Virus record (IMG/VR): IMGVR_UViG_3300028025_006013
Coordinates: 1 to 63,957 of that record
Length of the DNA stretch: 63,957 nucleotides
Direction: 5' to 3' (one strand)
Origin: a virus
Taxonomy: Duplodnaviria; Caudoviricetes
Both the position numbers and the translations under genes were made by a program. Shown here one piece after another: positions 55,548-63,957 of the stretch (within the stretch, counting starts at the first letter, position 1; the number at the start of each line of letters is the position of its first letter). The notes below the pieces were generated by a model, which did no database searches, was not told the DNA's origin, and saw only the letters and a program-made list of their open reading frames with translations.

Positions 55548-57389
55548 ATGTTTCAAAGTGTATATTTTTCACGCAACGGAGAAGACGCATACCACTACTT
55601 TCTCCGCGATGACAAGGGTGGTATAAACAAATTCCAGTACCGTCCAACCGTATACAAGTTAGACGAATATGGTGAGCATACAACCCTATTTGGAGACAAG
55701 TGTTCCCCTATTTCCGGCAAATACGATTGGAAGGACCCCACCATATTGGAAAAAGACATAGACAAAGAACTCGTTTTGTTGCGCGATTTATACTACGAGA
55801 CAGACGATATGCCATCCTACCACAATTTGGTATACCTGGATATCGAAATTGAAATCATTGGCGCACTTAACCCAACCACCATTCGTGAAGCAAATGCGGA
55901 AATAACCGCAATTGCATTAATTGATGCAACCACAAAGGAAAAGACATGTTTCATTTTGGACAAGCAAAATCAAATCCAGGAAGTATCTGCGGACGGTAAA
56001 TCGGTTGTACCATGTATCGATGAAAATACGTTGCTACGTAAATTCCTAAACAAGTGGGAACAAATGGATCCAACCATATGCGTTGGCTTCAACTCGGACT
56101 ATTTCGATATGCCATATTTGTACTATCGCATTAAAAAACGTTTGGGTGATGATGTATATCGCTTATCCCCAATTGGTAAAATTGACGAGAATCCAAACAA
56201 TCCGAATTCACCAATTCGCATTGGTTTAATCAATTGTCTGGATTTCATGTTGTTACTTAAAAAGTACATCATGAAAGAAGAACCGTCGTACAAGTTGGGA
56301 GACATTGGCGAAAAATACGCCAAGTTAGGCAAAATTGAATACAATGGTAACCTGGATGCATTATTTCGGGAAGACCCAAACAAATACATAGACTACAACA
56401 TTCGCGATGTTGAGATATTGGAAGCGTTGGAAGACAAATTGAAATTCATCGAGTTAACCATATTGATTTCACATTTGTGTCACACTCCATATGAATCGAT
56501 ATATTTCAACACCATACTGAACGAGGGAGCCATATTAACTTACCTAAAGCGAAAAGGAATTGTTTCACCTAACAAACCTACCACTACAAATCCTAGCATA
56601 CGTGAGATTGAGGTGGGTGATTTAGTGGTACATCAGCGTGGTACCCCCACGATTGAAGGGCATATCCACAGCATAGAAGGGCATAGCGTTATAGTTAAAA
56701 CAATTTCAGGCTCATTCATGCAACGTAAACTTCATACTGTTAGAAAGAAAGAAGGATATGCTGGGGGGTATTTGCTTCCACCTATGGTTGGGCTTCATAG
56801 TTGGCTTATAAATGCGGATTACGCATCACTGTATCCTTCCATAATTCGTTCACTCAATTTAGGTATCGAAACAATCAAGGGTAGAATTGTAATTGAAAAT
56901 CCAAACTACAATTGCTGGTGCAGTTACGAAGAGTTGAAAGAAGAAGATCCCGATAAGGTATTAACCATAGAAAAAATTAACCGGAAAAACTATACCCTCA
57001 AACAAGGGAAAATATCTGCGAAGGATCTAATCGAACTCATACACAAAAACAACTGGACTATATCAGCCAACGGGGTTATATTCTCAACCGATAAACCCAG
57101 TATTGTATCTGAACTTTTAGCTGACTGGTTTAGACTCAGACAAGAATACAAGAAAGTAATGAAAGATGCATATAATTCAGGTGATTTTGAAAAAGGTAAA
57201 CTGTATAACCAAAAACAACACTCAATCAAAATCTTACTGAACAGTGTATATGGGTGCTTTAGTATCAATTCATGGCGCTATACGGATGGATATAAAATGT
57301 GCTCATCAGCCATAACCACATTCGGGCAACGCTCCATCCAGGAAACCATAAGATATGCGAACAAACTTATCGAAAGTGAATACTTGTAG
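55548..57389 (+). CDS. Family B DNA polymerase, N-terminal part (exonuclease, motifs A and B)
   Basis: DIEIE, GFNSDYFD, YNIRDV, DYASLYPSII, KILLNSVYG; stops before motif C. Confidence 0.92.
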   Translation: MFQSVYFSRNGEDAYHYFLRDDKGGINKFQYRPTVYKLDEYGEHTTLFGDKCSPISGKYDWKDPTILEKDIDKELVLLRDLYYETDDMPSYHNLVYLDIEIEIIGALNPTTIREANAEITAIALIDATTKEKTCFILDKQNQIQEVSADGKSVVPCIDENTLLRKFLNKWEQMDPTICVGFNSDYFDMPYLYYRIKKRLGDDVYRLSPIGKIDENPNNPNSPIRIGLINCLDFMLLLKKYIMKEEPSYKLGDIGEKYAKLGKIEYNGNLDALFREDPNKYIDYNIRDVEILEALEDKLKFIELTILISHLCHTPYESIYFNTILNEGAILTYLKRKGIVSPNKPTTTNPSIREIEVGDLVVHQRGTPTIEGHIHSIEGHSVIVKTISGSFMQRKLHTVRKKEGYAGGYLLPPMVGLHSWLINADYASLYPSIIRSLNLGIETIKGRIVIENPNYNCWCSYEELKEEDPDKVLTIEKINRKNYTLKQGKISAKDLIELIHKNNWTISANGVIFSTDKPSIVSELLADWFRLRQEYKKVMKDAYNSGDFEKGKLYNQKQHSIKILLNSVYGCFSINSWRYTDGYKMCSSAITTFGQRSIQETIRYANKLIESEYL

Positions 57390-57437
57390 CATATTTTACC
57401 ATATGTATAACCGTACGAGACATTAAAAACGCAACAT

Positions 57438-58352
57438 ATGGGAAAACGACTTACATTGGATGAAGCTATTCAAAAATCAATAAACGTTCATGGAAACAAA
57501 TACGATTATTCGTTAATTACTGAATACAAGGGAGTAATGGAAAAATATCCCATAGTATGTCCCACTCATGGGATGTGGGAGGTGTCATTAGATAACCATA
57601 TTACTAAAAAATCAAAGTGCCCCAAATGTGTTGGAAAATACCATACATTTACAGAAAAAATAGAAACCGCAACTAAAATACATAAACATATATATGATTA
57701 TTCATTGATTACTTCGGATTTTCAAACTATGGACAAAGTTCCCATCACCTGCAAAAAACATGGTGTATTTGAGATGCTTTGGACTAACCATGTACACGGT
57801 AAACAAGGATGTCCTAAATGTAAACCCCATAGAAAACCTATTTCACTCGACGTTCTTAAACAAAGAACTGTTGAGTTGGATTTAGGTTACACATACGACT
57901 GGGATTCATATACTGGATATTTTGACAATACATTTAGGATTGAATGCTCTCAACATGGGTGGTTCAATCAACAACTTTCAAACCATCTGCAAGGGCAGAG
58001 ATGCCCCAAATGTAGCTGGAGTAAAGGAGAGGAATCTATAGAGTTATTTTTACAAGCAAAAAATATTCCGTATATTACTCAGAAAACATTTGATGGTTGT
58101 AGGAATCCAAACACCAACAGTATTTTGCGATTTGATTTCTTCATCCCCCATTTGAATTTATGTATTGAATTTGATGGTGAATTACATTATAAACCAGTTA
58201 AATTTTTTGGGGGGCAAGAATCATTTGAAAAAGCCCAATTTTTAGACCAAGTGAAAAATGATTTTTGTACCCAAAACAAAATCAATTTACTTCGAATATC
58301 CTACATGCAGTTTAATGATATAGACAAAATACTAGAAAATATAGTTATATGA
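57438..58352 (+). CDS. Homing endonuclease-like protein (Zn-finger repeats plus PD-(D/E)xK/Vsr-like domain)
   Basis: Three C..HG...H..G..CPKC repeats; SKGE, RFDF, IEFDGELH, LLRISY; own late motif at 57401. Confidence 0.8.
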   Translation: MGKRLTLDEAIQKSINVHGNKYDYSLITEYKGVMEKYPIVCPTHGMWEVSLDNHITKKSKCPKCVGKYHTFTEKIETATKIHKHIYDYSLITSDFQTMDKVPITCKKHGVFEMLWTNHVHGKQGCPKCKPHRKPISLDVLKQRTVELDLGYTYDWDSYTGYFDNTFRIECSQHGWFNQQLSNHLQGQRCPKCSWSKGEESIELFLQAKNIPYITQKTFDGCRNPNTNSILRFDFFIPHLNLCIEFDGELHYKPVKFFGGQESFEKAQFLDQVKNDFCTQNKINLLRISYMQFNDIDKILENIVI

Positions 58353-59251
58353 AATTTAACGTAGAAGAATTGAATTCCCATGTGCGTGGAAGCGACACCG
58401 ACTCATTAATTATAGGACTCGAATCCATTTTGAGACGCCGAATCCCGGACTACGAAAACACATCAGACGATACCATAATTGAAGAAGTAAAGAAACTCCA
58501 ATCATCCATAGGCGATAAACTAAACGACTTCCAAAACGACATAGCATCCAGGTGTTTTAATTCCACCCAACACTATTTGGATCTTAAACCAGAATATATC
58601 ATCAAACGAGTATACTGGTCGGGTAAACGCAGGTATGCACAATATATAATAGACAAAGAGGGCGTTAAGGTAGAGGAGTTGGACACTAAAGGTTTGGATT
58701 TGATCAAATCAAACTTCCCTCCTCTATTCCGCAACTTCGGCGAGAAGGTAATCAAGGACATACTATTTGGTAAATCAAAAGCAGACATAGACCAAGACGT
58801 ACTCGCATTTAAATCATCACTCAACACGATAGACTGGAAGCATTTACTCAAACCAACCGGACTTAAAAAACTAGGCGAGTACATTGAACGCGCACCCATG
58901 CCCGGTGAGTTATTCTCGACACTCAAGAAAAAATGCCCTGTCAACACTAAAGCCGCCATCATCACGAATGATTTCATTCGCTTCAAAAAACAATCCGCAA
59001 AATACCCGGAATTTTCACTTGGAGACAAAATGTACTACGCGCAACTCAAACCAAACCCATACAAGATTGATGTAATTGGATTCAATGGCTACAATGATAT
59101 GCCAGAAATAACCGAAATCATAAACAAATACATCGACCGTGAAGGACTATTCGATTCAATCATGCGCAATAAACTTGAAACACTATATTCAGATATAGGT
59201 TGGGAGTTACGCATGAACACATTCGTGGACGATTTCTTCAATTTTGGCTAG
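58349..59251 (+). CDS. Family B DNA polymerase, C-terminal part (motif C and thumb)
   Basis: SDTDS, KRRYA, KGLDLIKS motifs. Confidence 0.92.
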   Translation: MKFNVEELNSHVRGSDTDSLIIGLESILRRRIPDYENTSDDTIIEEVKKLQSSIGDKLNDFQNDIASRCFNSTQHYLDLKPEYIIKRVYWSGKRRYAQYIIDKEGVKVEELDTKGLDLIKSNFPPLFRNFGEKVIKDILFGKSKADIDQDVLAFKSSLNTIDWKHLLKPTGLKKLGEYIERAPMPGELFSTLKKKCPVNTKAAIITNDFIRFKKQSAKYPEFSLGDKMYYAQLKPNPYKIDVIGFNGYNDMPEITEIINKYIDREGLFDSIMRNKLETLYSDIGWELRMNTFVDDFFNFG

Positions 59252-59296
59252 GATACCCAGCTTTCCATTCGTATATTATATTCAAAAATAAGTTAT

Positions 59297-60031
59297 ATGG
59301 TTAATAAATTAATTTTCAAATCAGTTATAGACAAATATCATTTGGGCGAGAACGAATCCGTTAAATGGATCACTCGCAACAAGCAACTCACAGTTGACTT
59401 CATGTCACTAAGTAAAGAGGTAATTGGCCGTGTAGTACATGATGAATTTGATCTAGAGGACAGTGATTTAGCCATATTTGACACGAAAAAACTACTTAAC
59501 TTAATTAGCATCACCTCAGGTGATTTACTTCTCACCCTTGAGAAAACAAAATCAACCTTCACCAAACTCCATTTAGCCGATAATGCTTTCAACTTGACGT
59601 ATGCATTAGCAGATCCCCTCCTCATAGGCAAAGTCGGCACAGTAAATTCACCTGAATGGGATGCTACAGCAACAATACAACCAGAGGACATAGCTAATCT
59701 AGTGAAAGCAAAAGGTGCACTAGGTGATGTAAACAACATGCTCATTTCCACTGGAGCCGATTCAAACGGCGACGATATTATCCTATTTACATTTGGCGAT
59801 GAGAACGGCCACAACAACAAAATCACATACCAGGTATACGCTGAAATAAGCCCATCGGATGTTTCCATCCCATTCAACTCAGATGCGTTCCGTAACATAT
59901 TGCACGTGAATAGGGACATGACTGATGGTAAAATGTACTTGAGCTACAAGGGTTTGATGAAACTCGAATTCAAATCACCCACTACATCCAGCGAATACTA
60001 TTTAATTCGCAAAGAAAAAACTACATTTTAA
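59297..60031 (+). CDS. Sliding clamp (gp45-like)
   Basis: 244 aa after the polymerase; AIFD...L, YALAD, GLMKLEF....YYL pattern. Confidence 0.65.
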   Translation: MVNKLIFKSVIDKYHLGENESVKWITRNKQLTVDFMSLSKEVIGRVVHDEFDLEDSDLAIFDTKKLLNLISITSGDLLLTLEKTKSTFTKLHLADNAFNLTYALADPLLIGKVGTVNSPEWDATATIQPEDIANLVKAKGALGDVNNMLISTGADSNGDDIILFTFGDENGHNNKITYQVYAEISPSDVSIPFNSDAFRNILHVNRDMTDGKMYLSYKGLMKLEFKSPTTSSEYYLIRKEKTTF

Positions 60032-60050
60032 TATGTATAATCAAATAAAT

Positions 60051-60080
60051 TTGGCTCATCCAATCAGTTTTCGTATATTC
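60051..60080 (+). promoter_or_regulatory. Bacteroidota-type sigma70 promoter TTG-N20-TAnnTT (representative copy)
   Basis: 20-nt spacer counted at 19221, 25595, 29358, 37864, 43360, 48841, 52166, 53521, 55502 and 60051; TAG variants at 47337 and 59249. Confidence 0.75.
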
Positions 60081-60102
60081 AGTTATAATTTAAAATATAG
60101 TT

Positions 60103-60471
60103 ATGGTAGAAACAACAACTAAACGCAAGGGCCGTCCGGCTCGTGACACAAACAACGTAGACACTCAATCAAACGTGTGCATCATCACGGATCCTGCAAT
60201 GGAACCATTTTACATTTCAAAAGACAATTCAAATTTCACCGTAATCGAAAAAACCACAGTTAAACGTGGATTCAGAGGTGCTGTTGCATCTGGGAAAGAC
60301 ACTGAAAATGTAATTGGATACTATAGTAGCTTCAAAAATGCATTAAATGCAATCGCAAAACAAAAATTCTATGTAAACAAAGGACACTATTCCTCCATCC
60401 AGGAATACATCGGTACATGGAATGAAGTAAAAGACGGAATCAATAATTTATTAAACAAAGTAGAAATATGA
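60103..60471 (+). CDS. Hypothetical protein
   Basis: RKGRP N-terminus; GYYSS...ALNAI. Confidence 0.6.
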   Translation: MVETTTKRKGRPARDTNNVDTQSNVCIITDPAMEPFYISKDNSNFTVIEKTTVKRGFRGAVASGKDTENVIGYYSSFKNALNAIAKQKFYVNKGHYSSIQEYIGTWNEVKDGINNLLNKVEI

Positions 60472-60767
60472 GCAGTGAAATGATTTTCGAACCTCTATTT
60501 GACGCAGTTATCGTTAAACCATTAGAGACAGAAGAAACAATGTATGGCTCTATCGTAATACCAGACGCTGGTAAAGATAGAAACCCAAAAGGAACAGTAG
60601 TAGCAGTTGGACCAGGTTCACACACCGTAACTGGAACATTCATCGAAACGGTACTAAAAGTAGGCGATGTGGTGGTTTTACCAACACAGGGCTTCACTAA
60701 AATCGAGCACGATGGAGTAGAGTATTTTGTAGGTAATGAGAAAACAGTTCTATCTAAAATTAAATAA
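60468..60767 (+). CDS. groES: Co-chaperonin GroES
   Basis: PLFDAVIVK, G.IVIPD, GTVVAVGPG, LKVGD motifs. Confidence 0.93.
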   Translation: MSSEMIFEPLFDAVIVKPLETEETMYGSIVIPDAGKDRNPKGTVVAVGPGSHTVTGTFIETVLKVGDVVVLPTQGFTKIEHDGVEYFVGNEKTVLSKIK

Positions 60768-60773
60768 AGTTAT

Positions 60774-62408
60774 ATGAGTAAACAAATCAAACTTGGTGCT
60801 GAAGCACGTAAAAAATTAGCAAACGGAATCGATACATTAGCAGACGCTGTGGTATCCAGTTTAGGCCCGCAAGGTAGAAACACAGTATACTTCAATGACG
60901 GTGTTGCTGTATCAACAAAAGACGGTGTATCTATCGCGAAACACATTTCGGAATTGGAAGATCCAATCGAAAACTTGGGCGCGCAAATGATCAAGCAAGC
61001 CGCAATCAAAACAGCAGACAATGCGGGTGACGGTACAACTACATCCACATTATTAGCTCGTGAAATCGTTAAGCAAGGTTTGCAACGTTTAAACGAGGGT
61101 GGAAACGCAGTTGAAATCAAACGCGGTATCGACGATGCAGTAAAGCAAGTAATCGAATCACTTAAACAAAACTCGGAAAAAATCACTTCGGAAGAGCAAC
61201 TTGAGCAAATCGCTTCCATATCTGCAAACAATGACCCAGAAACTGGTAAATTGATTGCTCGCGCAATGGAGAAAGTAGGCCGTGAAGGTGTGGTACACAT
61301 CGAGGAATCTCGCACTGGCGAAACATACCTGGAGGTAGTTGAAGGTATGCAATTTGACCGTGGCTACAAGTCACCATATTTCGTTACCAACAACAACAAT
61401 ATGTCAGCTGTATTAACTGACGCGTTAGTGTTGATCGCTGACCATAGATTCACACAAGTGAAAGAATTGCTACCTATTTTAGATGGTGTAGCTCGCACTG
61501 GAAAATCGTTACTTATCATCGCGGAGGACATTGACGGTGAAGCGCTAGCAACACTAATTGTAAACAAAATGCGTGGTACATTAAAAGTGGTAGCTGTTAA
61601 AGCACCTGACTTTGGCGACCGTAGAAAGTTGATCTTGGAAGATATCGCTGTATTGACTGGCGGTACCGTATTCGACAAAGACAAGGGTATGAAATTGGAC
61701 AAATTCCAGGACGAGTGGTTCGGTAAAGCGCGTACAATCACTGTAACCAAAGAACAAACCACAATCGTGGATGGTCAAGGTGCAGAGGAAACAATCACTA
61801 AACGTGTGGAAGAGTTGGAAGCACAAATCGATAAATCAACCACTCCATTTGAAACTGAAAAATTGCAGGAACGTTTGGCAAAATTCATTGGTGGTGTTGC
61901 TTTAGTGCACGTAGGTGGAAACACTGAAACCGAAATGAAAGAAAAGAAAGACCGTGTAGACGATGCATTGCACGCAACTAAATGTGCTTTGGAAGACGGT
62001 ATTGTTCCTGGTGGTGGTACAGCATTATTATATGCTAGAGAAAACATCAAATTCACTGAGGACGCAAGTAGTGATTTCGTTTACGGTCAAAACATCGTAT
62101 ACAAATCTTGCGGTAAACCGTTTGAGCAAATCTTAACCAACGCTGGATATGATCAAGTTGATTCAATCATTTTATCGCGCCAATTACGCGATGGAGACGC
62201 GAAATGGAGCGGATACAACATCAAAACAAAATCCATCGTAGACATGAAAGAAGCAGGCATACTTGACCCAACCAAAGTAACCCGCAACGCATTATTGAAT
62301 GGATCCAGTATCGCAGGTACTATTTTATTAACCGAGTGTGTTATCGTAGACAAGCCAGAAGACAAGAAAGAAGACGGTGGCTACGATCCATCTCAAATGA
62401 TGATGTAA
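60774..62408 (+). CDS. groEL: Chaperonin GroEL
   Basis: LGPQGRN, TKDGV, AGDGTTT, EGMQFDRGY, APDFGDRRK motifs. Confidence 0.97.
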   Translation: MSKQIKLGAEARKKLANGIDTLADAVVSSLGPQGRNTVYFNDGVAVSTKDGVSIAKHISELEDPIENLGAQMIKQAAIKTADNAGDGTTTSTLLAREIVKQGLQRLNEGGNAVEIKRGIDDAVKQVIESLKQNSEKITSEEQLEQIASISANNDPETGKLIARAMEKVGREGVVHIEESRTGETYLEVVEGMQFDRGYKSPYFVTNNNNMSAVLTDALVLIADHRFTQVKELLPILDGVARTGKSLLIIAEDIDGEALATLIVNKMRGTLKVVAVKAPDFGDRRKLILEDIAVLTGGTVFDKDKGMKLDKFQDEWFGKARTITVTKEQTTIVDGQGAEETITKRVEELEAQIDKSTTPFETEKLQERLAKFIGGVALVHVGGNTETEMKEKKDRVDDALHATKCALEDGIVPGGGTALLYARENIKFTEDASSDFVYGQNIVYKSCGKPFEQILTNAGYDQVDSIILSRQLRDGDAKWSGYNIKTKSIVDMKEAGILDPTKVTRNALLNGSSIAGTILLTECVIVDKPEDKKEDGGYDPSQMMM

Positions 62409-62409
62409 T

Positions 62410-62676
62410 ATGGAAACACAGGTAGTAGAAACGTTGGAGTTGTTAGCAAATCGCGTTAAAGGCAAAGGTGATTCTTGGATCTTGGTAGGCGACACTAAAA
62501 AAGTGGTACACCCATCACTAACCGATACACTTGAGGCATGGTTTGACAAGAATCAAGAACAAGTTGAATTTCGTTTAGCTCCACTCGACAGTAAGCTATA
62601 TGTCATTCGAACTGAGGAAAAAGCAATCGAACCTGAACCTGTAAAAAGATACAATTTATACGGTGACGCTATTTAA
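62410..62676 (+). CDS. Hypothetical protein
   Basis: 88-aa ORF followed by the hairpin GGTGACGCT...AGCGTCACC-TTTT. Confidence 0.6.
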   Translation: METQVVETLELLANRVKGKGDSWILVGDTKKVVHPSLTDTLEAWFDKNQEQVEFRLAPLDSKLYVIRTEEKAIEPEPVKRYNLYGDAI

Positions 62677-62721
62677 CAGCGTCACCTTTTTGTATATTTA
62701 TACATAAACACACATACAAAT

Positions 62722-63771
62722 ATGAAACTATTCGATATAATCCGTGAAATGGATGGAGAAGAAGATGGAATGAAAGGCCTTGGCCGCAACAGTTACGACT
62801 TAACTATCCAATCAACAGAGACACAAGCAGCCATAGACGCATTAAACAACATAGACAACTATGGTCCATATGCACAAAGTTTACGTGACCCGGAAGCCAT
62901 TAAGAAAGTATTTGGCCCATCAAATGACAATGAAAAATTAGGGGCATTATTAAAACAATGGGGTGGGCTAGATAAAGAAAAAAAAGAAGAAAAAATACTA
63001 GATATAGCAAGACGCCACCCAGAAGCATTCGACAAATCAAAAGAAGAGTGGGAAACTGCTGGTGGTGAAGGTGATTTTATTGAATATTTAATTTCTACCG
63101 AAGACCCATTACCTAAGACATTGAGAGGTCCTAAAGGGAAACACTATTTCCCATTGAAAACACCTGCAAACCTGAAAAAATACAGTGGTAAAATGGAGGA
63201 AGGCGTTCACTACATTGTAAACGGAGACGAGATCACATTCCCACAAAAAGACAGCCCGTTTGCAACTAAAGCATACCTTGAGAAAGTAGTCAAAACAATC
63301 ATGGACAATGCTGGAGTGAAATATACGGTATTGAAAGTTGAACCAAAAGACACTGAAACTGTACCTGGCGCAACCAAAGCAGCACCATCTGAGGCAACCG
63401 TTTCATTTAAAGTTACATTGGACCCAGCTAAAATCAAAGGTAAACGTGCCGAAATCAACAGCATCATCCAGCGTTTAAAAAACACATACGACAAAAACTT
63501 CGAATATTCAAATAACGTAATCACCATAAACAAAGTGAAAAACCAGCAGGTGAAATTGGATTTGATCAAATTGTTTGCTCCGTATGCACTTAAGGCTACA
63601 CCAACTGTAAACGAGGAATTCTTGCGCATGCAAAAATTGGCTGGTGTTATTACTGAAGCGGAATATAATGAATCAGTACATTTGTCAACCATTCAAGATT
63701 TTTCTGAGCGAATATCATCCGGTGTATCTAAAATCAAACAAATGTTAAAAGATGAAGGATTTAAAATTTAA
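62722..63771 (+). CDS. Hypothetical late protein
   Basis: MKLFDIIRE leader; LRMQKLAGVITE motif; late motif at 62694. Confidence 0.65.
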   Translation: MKLFDIIREMDGEEDGMKGLGRNSYDLTIQSTETQAAIDALNNIDNYGPYAQSLRDPEAIKKVFGPSNDNEKLGALLKQWGGLDKEKKEEKILDIARRHPEAFDKSKEEWETAGGEGDFIEYLISTEDPLPKTLRGPKGKHYFPLKTPANLKKYSGKMEEGVHYIVNGDEITFPQKDSPFATKAYLEKVVKTIMDNAGVKYTVLKVEPKDTETVPGATKAAPSEATVSFKVTLDPAKIKGKRAEINSIIQRLKNTYDKNFEYSNNVITINKVKNQQVKLDLIKLFAPYALKATPTVNEEFLRMQKLAGVITEAEYNESVHLSTIQDFSERISSGVSKIKQMLKDEGFKI

Positions 63772-63957
63772 TTTAACCGAGGATATCAAGGAAGTGGATG
63801 GTGCTATCCATTATTTAGAGAGTATAATAAAACAATTAAAAGCAGAAAACAAACTACCTATTAATATCTTGCGTGAAATTGAAGTATTTTATTCTGGTAC
63901 TATTATTCCATATATGGAATATTACTATATAACTGGAAAAGAAATAGATGACCATTA
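63752..63957 (+). CDS. Partial ORF running off the window end
   Basis: Frame MKDLKFNLTEDIKEVDG... is open to the end. Confidence 0.35.
   Translation, partial: MKDLKFNLTEDIKEVDGAIHYLESIIKQLKAENKLPINILREIEVFYSGTIIPYMEYYYITGKEIDDH

Noticed and set aside
57390-58348. Group I intron or intein in the DNA polymerase
   Set aside because: Non-coding flanks are only 48 nt and 0 nt, no P/Q/R/S core is recognisable, there is an in-frame stop, and there are no intein Cys...His-Asn termini; a split gene fits better.
1145-63692. Numerous minus-strand ORFs
   Set aside because: They are antisense shadows of well-supported plus-strand genes, with no motifs or promoters.

Overview
About 64 kb of a large, T4-like (contractile-tailed) bacteriophage genome, with essentially all genes on the + strand and read in the standard genetic code. 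A Bacteroidota host is inferred from TTG-N20-TAnnTT promoters, the lack of Shine-Dalgarno sequences, a Bacteroidota-style tmRNA tag and a T9SS-like cargo gene. Gene order: tail and baseplate module (fibres, two sheath paralogs, tube, tape measure, hub, M23 peptidase); replication and recombination genes (PolA-like, SSB, RecA/UvsX, 5'-3' exonuclease, DnaB-like helicase, NrdB/NrdA); lysis; accessory genes; an RNA/translation island; a 7-deazaguanine DNA-modification cluster (TGT/DpdA-like, QueC, QueD, QueE, FolE, plus HPRT and MazG-like); a family B polymerase split by an endonuclease gene; sliding clamp; GroES/GroEL. The most striking observation is a candidate phage-encoded alanylation/trans-translation module at about 41.1-45.3 kb. 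It comprises tRNA-Ala(UGC), a 280-aa editing-less alanyl-tRNA synthetase, and a very compact circularly permuted (two-piece) tmRNA with a G3:U70 pair and the tag (A)GNQNHMSIAA. tRNA-Glu, tRNA-Ser and two unexplained structured RNAs lie alongside. All calls come from reading motifs by eye; no database searches were run.
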